Part shown: positions 51,236-64,000 of the stretch, in pieces
Position numbering within the stretch: position 1 is the first letter of the stretch
Layout: every line of letters starts with the position of its first letter
Assembly (NCBI RefSeq): GCF_009834535.1
Contig: NC_045697.1
Span: 24,058,001 to 24,122,000 of the forward strand
Reading direction: 5' to 3'
DNA length: 64,000 nt
Source: Camelus ferus
Taxonomy: Eukaryota
Notes under the pieces: model-generated
Seen by the model: only the letters and a program-made list of their open reading frames with translations
The model's database searches: none
Told to the model about the DNA's origin: nothing
Translations under genes and position numbers: made by a program

Positions 51236-51385
51236 AATATCCAATGAATCAAAATAGTATCAAGTGATACAGCATCTGAGTGTATGATAGTGATTTGTTT
51301 TTAATGTTTCATGGAACTTCTTAGAAAACAAAACTGCCATGAGCCCTCTCTATATCATTGAGGGTGAGGACCGAGTCCTGGTAGA

Positions 51386-52328
51386 TGTAATGGATTGAAT
51401 TAATAACCTCAATTTTTCAAACCTCTCTGTATCCAGCCCTTTTCCATGCAATGTTGCAATCCCTATTCACTGTGAACAGTGCTTTACTTTCCTAACAATT
51501 TGAATCTAAGTTCAATAATGTTATCTATTACATTAGTTTTATAGGGCTGCACACACACACACACAAAATAGCCACAAACTTGGTGGCTTAAAACAACAGA
51601 AATTTATTCTCTCAAGTTCTGGATGGCAGAGATCCAAAATCCAGGTGTCATCAGGGTTGTACTGCCTCCAGAGGCTCTGGGAAGAACCCTTCCTTGACTC
51701 TTCCACAGTTGGAAGTGGCTAGAGGCATTTCTTGATTTGCTGTTGCCTAATTCCAGTATCTACCTCTGTCTTCCCATGGTTTTCTCTTCTATTTCTGTGT
51801 CTATCCCTCTTCTCTCTGTTATCAGTACCCTTGTAGCTAGATTTTGGGTCCACCACAATAATCCAGGATGATCTCATCTTGAGTTCCTTAATTACATCTG
51901 CAAGATGCTTTTTTCAAATAAGCTCAAATAGGCTTCAAATAAGGTTCTGGGAAGTGGATGTATCTTTTTAGGGGCCACTCTTCAACCTACTAAATCTTCT
52001 TTGACCAAAGAGAGGCTTCACAAATGTGATGCGACACAACACTAGTGAGATCGGGCTTCTTCTCTTGAACTTCTCCCATCTCCATAAAAAGTTTGTACTT
52101 GAGCTAGCCACCAGGTCACAGGAGGAGGCAAACATGGTGCTCCAGATATGGTATCCCAGCCAAACCCAGACTAGAACTAAACCCTCAGCTTATTTGGAGA
52201 TGTAGGATAGAGTCCAACCAGGCCAACCAATAGCATCTAAACTACACAAATAGGTGAGACACAAGTATTTATGATTGTATGCCACTGTAGTTCTGTGGTT
52301 GCTTGTTAGGTAACAACTAAGTAACTCT
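51386..52328 (+). mobile_element. Old MLT1H/I/J-like LTR hosting a nested MLT1C-like LTR
   Basis: tgtaatggattgaattaataacctcaatt...tttgaatctaag on the left; tgagctagccaccaggtc...tgtatgccactgtagttctgtggttgcttgttag on the right. Confidence 0.6.
51529..51994 (-). mobile_element. MLT1C-like MaLR solo LTR
   Basis: cattagttttatagggctgc...ccacaaacttggtggcttaaaacaacagaaatttattctctc...aatccaggatgatctcatcttgag...ggggccactcttcaacctacta. Confidence 0.88.
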
Positions 52329-52529
52329 GTGTGTGTGTGTGTATGTATATGAGTATGTACATATTTCCTTTTTAGTTTGTTTAGGATCCATTTCCTGCTA
52401 GATGTTCCTCTAATCTCCCCTAACTTCAGGAACAAAAGTTTTCACTTCTAACTCTTGCATTTTCTTTGAGCAAAACTTCCTCCCAGAAAAGTTATCTGCC
52501 ACAATTAATTCATGCTAATACGAAAATTT

Positions 52530-52740
52530 AAGTCATTTAAACTTGTCTCAAGGTTATTTAATTTATCGTTAATGAGATAATAGCTATGAGACACATAACT
52601 ATTCAACCCACAAGAAAACAGGCAGAGATGATTGAGGTAATTTGCCTAGAGTACACACACAGTTAGTAAGCAGTACAGCTTTGTTCGATCCAGACAACCT
52701 AAGCCCCAGGGACTTTTTTTAGCCTACGCTCACTGCCATG
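52530..52740 (-). mobile_element. MIR fragment
   Basis: aagaaaacaggcagagatgattgaggtaatttgcctagagtacacacacagttagtaag. Confidence 0.6.
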
Positions 52741-53329
52741 ATGATAGAATAAAACTCTGCTCCTTTACTCACCGTTGTAAAGTATTAGTGACAGAGGGCA
52801 GATGGAGAAAGACTGTTTTGGGAAGGGATTCCTGAAATGCAGAATTTGAAACCACTTTTATAAGACCTTTGGGAAAGATGGAGGCCTATATTTCTGCTAT
52901 GGTTCTTGACTCTATCCAGTCCAACCCTAAAAATACTAATGCAGGAATTTGCCTTTCATTATTAGCCTTATGCCCCATGATTTCCTGCTGAATATTCTTA
53001 GAATTCAAAACCCTTTTTAAAAAATTTATAATCCATTTTATGTTCACTAAGCATTCAGTCATATATTAGCTTTAGATTTCCTCACCACAGGGTTGTTGGT
53101 ATGGTGTAAATATTGCCTAATCTTGCCTTACAGAGTGCATAGTATGTCACTGGCATTTAATGATTTTCCATTTGCTTAGGCTCACAATACATATTAATAT
53201 AAATTTAACACTAATGCACAATCCACATTCTTTGTAACACATGTAGTGTAGAATTTTAATAAAGAGATTAAAATTTTAATATTCAAAATATGGATTATAT
53301 ATTCCAGGGAGGTGTAGAATAATTCTAGT

Positions 53330-53480
53330 GTGTTATGGCAAATTATGTAATATAAGGATAAAAGGAGAGACCTTGGACATGGACTGAATTGTTTTCCAAT
53401 ATTAGCTCCACTGTTTACTAGTTATAGGACCTTGAGTGTGTTATTTAACTTATTTTAACTATAGTCTTCTTTCTTGTATA
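53330..53480 (+). mobile_element. MIR fragment
   Basis: tagctccactgtttactagttataggaccttgagtgtgttatttaactt. Confidence 0.55.
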
Positions 53481-53954
53481 ATACATATATAATTCATATT
53501 AATGCTGATAGATATAAATTATTTTAATCACCTTAAAAAAGATTTACTGTTATAACAAAATTTCTTTCATATATTTTTGTCTCTTTTTCCTCCAAAATAA
53601 CCCTGCCATATTTACTGTTGGTCTCTTGGTGGCTGTGACACAATGCTGCTTCTACTGCCGTCCTTATATTAAACTAGGAGTAAAGTTAAAAGGCTATTGA
53701 TGTTGGTATTATCTTTATGATCCTACCATATGAGATGAAAGACCAGCTCTTACCTCTTCAAGACTTTTTCTAGACAGGGTTAGTCTTCAGTCTCACATCT
53801 GTTATAACACATCTTGGTTATATTTTATTTTTGTGTATGTGATTCCCCTATAAAATTGAAAAAAAAATTTTTTTAAATATCCCTGGGCTAAGAAGTACTT
53901 ATGTATAATAAGGATTCTGTTAGGAAACAAAATAATAGTCAGATTTTTTTAACT

Positions 53955-54375
53955 CAGCTGTTCTCAAAGTTTTACTCTAAGACCCCCTTGACATATGTAA
54001 AAAAAATAATTACTTCATATACTTAAAACTACATACTCACATGCTTTAAAAAGTTGAGGACTACAAAAAATTTTTGTTTATATGGGTTAAATCTGTCACT
54101 GTTTAATATATTAAAATTGAAGTTAATTATTGAAGTATTTATTGAGTCATTTGAAGTGAATAATAACAGACTTGTTACATGTTATACATTTTTATGAAAA
54201 AAATTCTCAAAAATAAAATATAAGTTGGAAAGAATTGTACAGTTTCCTATTTTTGTGAATCTCCTTAATGTCTTAATTAATTGAAGGCAATATGCCTTCT
54301 CATATATGCTTCTGCATTCAATCTGTTGCAATATTTTGTTGGACTGAAATATTTGAAAAAAATTCAGCCTTGCAT
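53955..54375 (-). mobile_element. Charlie1-like hAT DNA transposon end
   Basis: TIR-like cagctgttctcaaagtttttactctaagacccc, then ttgaggactacaa..ttttgtttatatgggtt and tgcttctgcattcaatctgttgcaatat. Confidence 0.75.
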
Positions 54376-54570
54376 AAAATGATAATTTATGTCATTCCAT
54401 AGTTGCCTTATTCTCTGGCAGCATTTTGGCTTAATCAGGTTCTTTATTTCAAGGGATAACAGATCTTCATTTCCACAGGATTCACGTGTTACTGGCTGTC
54501 TCTTTATTGAATCACTTCTCCATGTTCCCACTGTGTAGCAGCAATCTGATTTCCCCTTGGCAGTCAAGAC

Positions 54571-54817
54571 TGTCATGGGTTGAATGTGTGGGGCCCATGT
54601 AAGTGGATGAAAAACTAGAGCTCTCTCTCTGCCATATGGGGATGCAGCAAAAAGGTGGCTGTCTGTAAATAAAGATGAGAGCCCTTACCAAGAACCCAGC
54701 CATGCTGGCACCCTGAGTTCAGAGGTCTAAGCCTCCAAATATGTGAGAGATTAATGTTTGTTATTTAATCCACACAGTCCCTGGTGCTCTGTTATAGCAG
54801 CCCAAGCTGACTGAGAC
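54571..54817 (+). mobile_element. Internally deleted MLT1A-like LTR inserted in the ERVL dUTPase region
   Basis: tgtcatgggttgaatgtgt...gaacccagccatgctggcaccctgag...gttatagcagcccaagctgactgagaca; only 247 bp with both termini. Confidence 0.85.
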
Positions 54818-57800
54818 AAAAATCAATCACTTTTGCCCTTTTTGCATTTTTGATCCATGAGAAGCCCACTGTATCCCGGGGGCAGTTTCAGCAATCAGTT
54901 TAATGAAATTATGGCTGTATTCTCTAATAGAAGCTTTTCTCCCTTGGGATGTAGGACCTCTAAACTCACTTACGTTCTAGGGAGGAAGACAAAACAACAT
55001 CATCTATCTATAAATATATACATAAACATAAATAGAAATAAGTATGTAGTATAATTGAGGCCACTCCTATCTTCACTTCTTAGTACCTGTTCTCCTCAGT
55101 CCTGTCTAAGGAATAAGTGCCATGTATTGATTGCTAGCTTAAGATATAGACCACATTCTGTTGGATAGCACCCCACTCTCTCAAAATGTTGTCTCCCAAC
55201 TAGTGCCATAACTGAGCTTTCAATAGGCCATGCCACACTCCTATCAGGTTGGCTGCTTCTGTATGTGAAGTACCTGGTAAGACCAGTCGCATGGATATGG
55301 GCCCATTCCCTCAATAGTATGGTAAAATCAGTTCCCTTATCAAAAGCAATGTTGTATAGGATTAACAGAGTAATGAATGAAACAGTCTGTATGTCTACCA
55401 ATGGTTATACTAGCAAAGTTGTTTAAGGCATGTAAAGATAACTATATTTGGATTAGTTATGCTCAAGAGGATGAATGGCTCCCTCTTCAATGAATAAGGG
55501 GTGCAATGTAATCATTTTTTGTCAAATGATTAACAGCTCTACCTGAGTAGTGGTACAAAATCAGGATCTCAGTATTGCTCTCTGCTATTTGCAAGTTTTG
55601 CACTCAGCAAGAATGGTAGTCAGACCCATCTTGGTTAGGTAAAATACAACTTGTTGAAATATGGTTACCTTCTAACCCTGTTGCTATAACCACTTTAAAC
55701 ATGGGCTAATTGAGCAAACACTAGGGTAAAGAAGGTTGGCATACAGAGGATTATTCATCTTGTGTAATCAGTTATAAGAGTGGAAGACCTCAGTTGTTGA
55801 CTGTTCTAATAAATCATATATCTACATTTTTTCCAGACTTCACTGTAACCAATCTGTTAATTTTATTCTAAATAAGTCATTGAGGAGTGGCTACAGAATC
55901 TGGTAACTATTACCCATGAGGTAGTATCAATCTATTCCTTAGGCCATCTTTTCTTCCAATGAAAGTGGTAAGATGTCCTGTGTTTAAGTTTTGCCCTGTG
56001 GGAAAATTTTTCTTCACTACTGTCATTCAGTAAACCATGCAGAAACATCTGAAACTCGATGTTTTTTTCCCCCTTTTCTGTTAAAAGAAAGAAACCACAA
56101 ATGTGGATTTAGAAAAAAGATTATAAAATATCAGGACGATTACTGTAATAGTCAGAGGTGCCCAGTTATGAAACTTCATTTTGCCTTTTTGACTTGCTTA
56201 AGCCTGGTGTCATATAAAACTGCTTTCTTTTACTAATAGAATCCTGTAGCATACACCCAATTTAATGATTGGATGCACCATATGTGATGGGCAGTGTAAG
56301 TATCAATGTACTTGGTGTCCTAGATTAAGCATTGAATTTCTACCACAGCACAATTACAAGTCCTGAACTGCTCTGGATAAAGATAGTTATTGGCAGAAAA
56401 GGACATGGCTTTGCTCCAACATTCTACAGATGCGTACTGTGATTCTCCCAGTGGGGCTTCAGAACTGCTCCACACAATATCCTTATTTGCCATAGACGGT
56501 TCAAGCTTTATATGCAAGGGCAGAACAGCTTGCATCACAGACTAAACCTGCTGCAGAGCCTTTTCTTCCCCCATCGGTAATCAAAACTGGTATCCTTATG
56601 GATTACCTGGTAGATAAGTCAGAGAATCTCATCTAAATGTGTTATATGTTACAAACAAAATCCAAAGGTGCCCACCAAGCTTCTTTATTTGTGATGGATA
56701 GAGCAAAGTAGAACAATTTGTTTAATTTAGAAGGGATAGAACAACCTGAGAGACCACTGGACTCCTAGAAAATTTAACAATAATACTTTTATCTAGAATT
56801 GTATGGAATAATTTCCCATTCTCCAAAATTCATGTGTCTTATTAAGATATCTGGTGTACTTGCTTCTCCTGCCTATAGGGGTATCAAGGTAACTGAGGTC
56901 TCTGCAGATTATATTATAAGAAAGAGCAGGAGACTTGGCGTAGCTTTGAAAAAAGGTTTCCATCTGTGTATGGCGAAGAACTGTTTTCAGTGTTTCTTAC
57001 TAAATAAAACAAGTAAGCAAAAAGAATTTCCAAGATTGGTTGCTTTATGACAGCTTTATATAGGGAATGTGCAATTTTTTTCAGTAAAATTTTAGTATCG
57101 TGAGCTTCAGTGATGGGTACTACTATATTATCAAGTTTATGATAATACACAGTTACTCTCCAAGATCAATAAAACATTTTTCATCAGCCAAAGGGAAATG
57201 ATTACCTACCAACCCTGACCCTTCATGTTTTTGAGAGCAGCAGTATAATCTGCATTTTCTAACCGAATGTGGTATTGATATTGACTTACTATTTTGGTAT
57301 AAAGTATAAAATGGGGAATGTTTTGATGGCTTCTGTTTGGTCTTTTCTGTCTTAACAAGGGTCAGGGAACTATTGTAGGGATCTTGCAAGTTGTTCGGTG
57401 TGTCTCTTTTAATTACACATTCAGAAACCCATGTTCTAACTAGAGGATGGGCCACTGGACCATCTACTCTATAATTTTTATAAATTCCACTCCGAATGGT
57501 GAGTTACAGTACCTATTCACATCCAGTATCTAATAATCTAAGGAGATCTTTGTCTTTTCAGTTTCTCAGTGTCTAGTCACTCTACAAATGGTCAAAAGTA
57601 CTTCTGGGGAAAGTTTGAAGGAAATGTCAATGTACACATCTGTGGCTAAGGTTTCAGGTCTTTCTTAAAAAGGAGTCCTCTACTTTCCTCAGTATGTTCA
57701 ATATCTATGAAATTACTTAGGTCTTAATTTTGTGTGAGAAACTTTGAATCTTCCTGTGGAGCCTACAGTCAGGTTTCTGCCCACCAGATATAAATTTCTC

Positions 57801-59085
57801 ACTTGTAAGTGTAAAATAGCACATTATTAGTTCCCTTTATATTTCATTCCTAGGGAGCTTGTGATCAATTATTTTCCTTCGTAGAACTCACTTGGTTCAA
57901 ATAATCTGATTAAAACTAAGTCCATGAGGCTTACTAGGGTAATTACACCCACCTGTTTTGTCTGTTAGGCACTGCAAAATGGCCTCCACCATTCAGAGAT
58001 GCCATTATTCCTATTGAAATCAGAGAGTCCAATTCCATAATATCCTTGCCCACTATAATCTTCAACTTACAGAGGCCACTCATTACAAATCTTTTCATGA
58101 TGATAGCATTCCCCACAAACACAAAAATTTATTTCTTAATGTTTCAGGCCACTCAGATCAGTTACAACATGCCCATCTACTAAGCTTTCAGATGCCTCCC
58201 TCTATATAATGCCTAGAAATCTAGCATCTTAGATTCACTGACTGTAGATAACTGTTTACTCCAGGCTTCAATATGCTAAATAATTAAATTCTTAAGCACA
58301 CTCACAAATGCTTGGGCCAGCATATCAAATGCCAAATACTGGATTAAAGCCACTGTTTTGATAAATTTGGTCCTGTTAGATTTAATACCCATAGATGTAG
58401 TAAGATCTTGAAATTTTATTTGGTGCCTAGCCTATCTCCTCTTATAGAAACTAGATTTCTTAGTCTGGAGTTTGAGTCCAGAGGCACTAACAGATAGTGG
58501 GGGGGGTGGGTATTTAAGAAAAATAAACATCTCTTTGGAAGCAACTGCACCAGGTCAAGTCATTAATGGATTTTTGTAAAAGGGAATGCTAATTTCCTTA
58601 GACAGTGGAAGAAGAGCTTCTTCTGATGAGAGTGGATTTAAAAAATATTTTAAGAACAGATGCCCAATTTTGTTCATATCTACCAAAATGTCCCCAAACC
58701 AAGTCTTTAAATCCTGCTTATCCTCACCAGGGTCCTATTCCAAGCCTGAGAGACTTGAGATTGGAAGTTGCTCATTTAACTGGCCTTGCAAGTCTTAACC
58801 TACACAGTCTGATTTAGAGCCAAGTCGTCAGCATGCCTTTCTTCCAGAAATATAAGATTGTTTTAAGTCTATCATGGAAGCTTCCCACCTGTATTTGCAA
58901 TTCAGAAATAAAGGCGTTTTCAATTACTATTTTCTTTTTGCCCATTCTCCAGCACCGAGATATGCATTCTACCTCACAGTTTTACTGCAACCATTATAAT
59001 TTTCATGTTTTTCACACTTGATTGAAACAACACTTGATTACACAAACCTTTGTCTTCCATTAGTACTCCAGCCTGATGTACTCAG

Positions 59086-59264
59086 CTGGAGTAAGTTTCA
59101 AAGGCTCGCAGCATATGCATTTCCACAGAGCCCTGCACTCGCTAAGACTCAGCACTTGTTTTAATGCTCTGTTGTTACTGTCTTGAAATTTTTGATGAGT
59201 TTGAAACAAGGGAACCAGCATTTTTATTTTTGCATTGAGGACTGCAAATTATGTGGCCAGTCAG
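59086..59264 (+). mobile_element. MER91A-like hAT-Tip100 MITE inside the ERVL leader/gag
   Basis: cacagagccctgcactc...cttgttttaatgctctgttgttactgtcttgaaatt...gaaacaaggg...ttttgcattgaggactgcaaattatgtggccagtc. Confidence 0.8.
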
Positions 59265-59424
59265 CCACCAGTAGTGATAATTTGGGTAAGTCTGGTGTCA
59301 GTGAATAACAGACTATCATTGTTCTGCTTTCCCCTGCAAGTATACCATCCTTGTGTTCAACTAACAGATGATCCATCTGGTTCCAGAATTCTGTCTGAGC
59401 TTGTGCTTCTTGGTGGTATATTTT

Positions 59425-59790
59425 CAATCATCTACTCTACTTCTCAGCTTTTTGTCCACTCTGATGGCTCAATTGAAAGGATTTCAATGAAAAGAATATT
59501 TATATAAGTATGAACAGACTTTAGGGAAGCAACAAAGGGGTTTGAGTTTTTTAGAAACTAACAGTAGTGAAAAAGGTCTTTCATCAATAAATTATAGTCA
59601 TGGAAGGACACAGTCACTACCGTAAACACAGTTGAAACAAGCCTGAATTGGAGGAGTAATGGCCTGACTTTTCTCTCATTAGTGAAACCCAGCTCAAAGC
59701 CTGCAGAGGAATCCAAGTGATGCCATCATAGCAATCAGACAATCAAAGCAGAGAAAGATTGAGAATGAATCTGGTGGGCTGGGGCAACAG
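59425..59790 (-). mobile_element. LTR33-like LTR, probable 5' LTR of the adjacent ERVL
   Basis: ttagggaagcaacaaagggg, ctaacagtagtgaaaa, ctctcattagtgaaacccagctcaaagcc, gagaatgaatctggtggg recall antisense LTR33. Confidence 0.6.
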
Positions 59791-62539
59791 GAAAAAAAAA
59801 AAAAAAACCACAAAATAAAACTTTAATGCTGTCTGAAATCCCTGTGTGCTCTAAAAATTTGGAATGTTATAGCATAGAAGGGCTATTTAGCATAGAAGAG
59901 CTACAAGAGATATAATGAAGAGAAATAATAGATTAGTAATTACTATCAAAATAGTGATTTAATTCGGGATTTAGCATTTAATATGTTGGCCTATGCATTG
60001 GAGAGTTTGATAGTTAAAAGTCTGATTCTTTATGATATTGAAGCCTGGAATAAACAATGACCTACAGTGAATGAAGCTAAGATCTTGTGAGTGAAAGAAG
60101 TACTTCATAAAATTTATGTAGCACTTTTTAAATTTATTGGACTGCCATATACTTACACTTTTGATAGGCATCAAAGGATTTTTATATATATTTATATATA
60201 TTTTTATATATATTTAACCTCATATCAAAAATGTGTTTATCCTTTTGTTGTATTCTTTTCATTAAAATATTGGTTTAATTCTATTTTGTGTTTTTTTAAT
60301 TATATCTCCATATTCTTTACAAGCATATCAGTAACATAGTTGTTGAACAGCCTTAGAATTTATATTCCCTGAAGATCCTTACTGTAAATTTTCCACTAAC
60401 ATGTTCTAGCACTAACACATAAGTAGTATAATGAATGCTTTTTTGTGTGATGAGAAAGAACTGGAAATGACGATTCAAACCTTGACACAAACTTTATTGG
60501 GGCAAGTGATTGAGATATCCTTCTTCTCTTTCGGCTTCCATAATTACTCTGTTGTTATTTCTTGGAAATGTGTTCATAAAAATAAGCAAAAAAAGAAGAG
60601 TCATTAAGTTTTTGTTTATTTCTGTTATTTTTTCAATGTAAATAGTACCATTAATGAATTATATTCATAGAATTGATTTTCGATCATTTAATCAAAGGTT
60701 GATAATCTAAAGAAAACCGCTGTTCGAGTCTTATGCAGATAGTTCTCTAAAGAGTTGAGCATATATCTAAACTAATAATACTGCTAAAGTTTATGCATTA
60801 ACAAAGTAAACTAGCCCCCAATGCCCTCAAACAGACTACAACTCTCTACAATGTAAAGTGGCAGTTATTGTTAATAAACTGAGTAATAAAATTTATACCA
60901 GGAAATATTACAAATAAATATAGGCAGTTCCCTACTACTTAGATTCATTAAACTGAAAGCATATAAGATAAAAGAAAAAAAAGTATTGGAAATTAATTAG
61001 TGTGAAATAAAACCAACCTCATTGTGAAATCACTTTAAAATGATTTAATTAAGAGAAAGCCAAGGAACATGCACATTTATGGATCTTCATTATGTCCTGA
61101 TTTTAAAAGGGGCCCTGGAGAATTTTCTGGACTCTTGTCTTCCTAGTGCTCAAGTAAGAAGCAAAGGAGAGCTTACAAAAGATCCTTAATTCTGTCAGAC
61201 AATGAGAGTATCACAAAGCATAGAAGTGCTTTCAGGGAAAGCATCATAACTAGTGCCCACCTGTCTACTCCATACGCTCACTAAAGAAGTATGTCAGCAA
61301 GTGTTGACAACCAAAAATTACTACCCCCATTCTTTTAGAAAGGAAGAGAAAGTTATAAATGAGTAACTACTGTAGAAGCAAGGAGGACAGCGGTAAACAG
61401 GAAGAACTAACACGCCAGAAGTAAGAGATCATGGTTCTAAAGGTAAGACTTGTCTTGTGTCACAGTGCTCTGGATTAGATATTGCTGGAACAGTGATATA
61501 TGGTCCTTGCTGTTGTGGACTAGTGTTTGTCCAGATAGCCTCAATCAGTTAATATTTTGGTCAAACATCTCACATGTCATAGGTGAGTATTTTTCATTTC
61601 TTCATTATTTTATTTAATAACTAATAACTGCGATTCTGTTCTTTGCTAAGTATTACCCTAGGTGTAGGAATAAAACAATGAAAAATTACCTAGCGTCTCT
61701 GACCTCAGAGAACATAGGTTAAGTAAAATAAAGAATATAGTTTTCTTTAGTAAATATAACAAGTTAACATCAGCCCTAAATTACTGTAAATTATGTCAGG
61801 TATAATAAGGAATTGTTCATATTCAGTGATAACTCGAAAAAGTTGATGTAGATATTTTTCCTGCTGTAAGAATCAAGGCAGTATTCCTGGCTTCTTTCTT
61901 TTCTAAAATTTGATTCAGTTGTCTCCAGCTGATTTATACTACTTTGCTTTTATTATTGACTTTGGCAGTTTGTTACTTATTTCAACAACCCTTTTTTTGT
62001 AATGAAATTTTTAAAATCATTTATAGGCTATGCTTGTACTTAATTTCAAGGCATGAACTTGTGTTTTTAAATGGGTTACTCCTTCAAGCAGCAGATCTGT
62101 TTTTTCTCTTCTTCAGATTTTTTTGCATTTCTGCAAGATCTCACATATTGACCTCCTTTTTTTCTAAGACGTTGGAGGCTTTCAAAGAGTGAAGCTTAAG
62201 CACGCAGTTAAGAGCAATGAAGCACAAAATTGCTCATGCAAGAAATACCATCATTTTCCTTGTGCATCTGAAAATAAGGGATTTATGCTGTCCAATCATG
62301 AGCTAACCAGTAGGATGAGGGCACAGGAGCATGTGCAACCTACTATTACATTTTAACAAATTCAGCGGACAGTTTGGTACTCACAATTACAAACTGATAA
62401 ACACCCAGTTGCTGATACGCCTTTTTCCTTGCTGCACACGCTCTTATTTGTTTTTTACGTTGTGGTTTTGGCCCTTTGTCTATCCATATTCTATGTGTCA
62501 CAAAGCTTTTTCAAGGGAGATTAATAATATTTTATTACA

Positions 62540-62740
62540 GACTTTTAGGTTTTCTAAGATCCAGTTAAAGACAGAGGGCTACAAAGAAAAGAAGTGGGCA
62601 AGAAGCCAGTAAATCATCTTCACGTCCTAGTCTCCTGCAATCTGTTTAAGATCTACCGGATTCAATAGCTGAACTGGAGTAGAGCCCAGTCTAGACTCTG
62701 GTCCACTAGACCATGATATTTTCCACATTAAACAGCTGCA
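62540..62740 (-). mobile_element. MIR fragment
   Basis: gaactggagtagagcccagtctagactctggtccactag..tattttccacatta; fragmentary. Confidence 0.45.
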
Positions 62741-64000
62741 TCCTAAATTGCTATTCACTGAAACAGGCAATTGAATATATTTTCATCCTCCATACCCAAC
62801 CTTTTCTGTATAGTTTTGTTATTAGAAGCTTATTGCCACAATTATGGAATATCAGTGTTCACCTTTTGTCCTCTCTGCTTTCAAAAACTTCATTCTGGTT
62901 CACAGCCAGTTCTATTCCTGACTCCTCCGTGGTTTCTTCTCATGGATTCCACATTTTCTTTTTTCAGTCTTATAACAACTGTGGAATTATGTTCACCATA
63001 TTTTTCTCAGCCACAAGGAGACAATTACTGTACTATCTTTCCATTATTAGAGAAGAGATGCTACAGAGTAAAAGGAGCACTGGATAAAAGGAGTTTAAAA
63101 ATTCATGAAATTGTTTTGGCCTCCATTATTAAATTTCTATCACTTTAAGTAATTATTTTATCCATTTCTTTAAATATAATTAAGAGAATAATCATAACTC
63201 CTTTACTCATCAAAAAATAATTGATAGGATTTATTCTATTTGAATAGATATTAAAAGTCAGCTATATGAAGTCTTGTGAACATAGTAAATCAAAAAAAGG
63301 TTATTCATTTTTATGAAGGTAATGCACATGATTAGTCAGTTTGAATTGATCAGTGTAATACTGATAAAATTCCTTTTCCCTCCCTTTGTTTGCATTGTTT
63401 CCACACTGTTATCATTGATCCTTCCTCTTCCCCTCCAGCCCAACAAATCTTGCAAGGTCTGTTTCAAATTTCACCTCTTCCATAGAGCTGTCTGAAGAAT
63501 TCCAGTTAATCTTGACCTTTTCTAAAGCTGACGGTCAGTAAAACTTAATAATACATATTGGTTAATTTTCTAAAATAATTTGTCATTTAAAATACACTTT
63601 ATTGACCATTTCAGAATACTGTTTTGAAAATACAGCTTTCTTAACTGAAAAATTATATAGTTGAAAGAGCAGTGCTAAAGTCTTGAGATAAAAGTTTCTT
63701 TCCAGATAGGCCAGAAGAACCTTGACCATCTTGGGTAATACCAGTTATTCACTTAAATTATTAACAGCTCTTATTTCATTCACAGAAGGATCTCGATGAA
63801 AATGTATGTCCATAGCATTTCATATATGACTTATAGTGAAGTGAGTTAATGTCACACAGTGATTACAGCATCAATGGGGAACAGCCACCATTAGTCACTG
63901 CATATTTGCTGGAAACTAGAACTGGACCCTGTAGTGATGGTACAAGGACCAGTTGTTAAAGATGCTCAAACATCTAGGCTGATAAAAGCAGCTCAATTCA

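Larger units (their letters stand above)
54376..59424 (-). mobile_element. Ancient ERVL (class III) internal region: gag-pro-RT-RNaseH-IN-dUTPase, heavily decayed
   Basis: Minus-strand peptide fragments in the expected order: gag-like (~57900-58400), RT start (~57240-57320), connection/RNaseH QAVLPL..ANKDIVWS..EAPLGESQ...WSKAMSFSANNY (56320-56538), integrase NIAFDKGTDFT..REWAHIH (55096-55401), dUTPase DCQGEIRLLLHSG (~54520-54570). Confidence 0.85.

Noticed and set aside
62713..63148. Two overlapping ~125-aa ORFs
   Set aside because: No recognisable domain, composition typical of T-rich non-coding DNA, no supporting splice structure
1..64000. ORF-track entries as host protein-coding genes
   Set aside because: All are short (141 aa or less), lack recognisable host domains or exon structure, and are explained by L1/ERV remnants, their antisense strands, simple repeats or chance

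Overview
AT-rich, CpG-depleted mammalian genomic DNA, very likely camelid (alpaca/llama/camel): it carries a vic-1-type tRNA-derived SINE and artiodactyl-type L1 3' UTRs. I can support no protein-coding exon, RNA gene or CRISPR array; the ORF track reflects decayed retroelement fragments or chance ORFs. The window is mostly transposable elements: (i) a TSD-flanked 3.67-kb L1 that keeps both ends but lacks the RT domain and has a short 5' UTR; (ii) a 5'-inverted (twin-priming) L1; (iii) several short L1 3' ends; (iv) an ancient ERVL gag-pol-dUTPase remnant with an LTR33-like LTR; (v) a MER31-like ERV1 LTR plus internal region; (vi) many MaLR/ERVL solo LTRs, some nested; (vii) hAT, MIR and L2 relics and microsatellites. 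A few non-repeat stretches hold dense transcription-factor motif clusters that may be enhancers. I found no convincing new biological system. The best leads are the doubly deleted L1 and the motif clusters. Family names come from my recall of consensus sequences, not a database search, and boundaries of old repeats are approximate.
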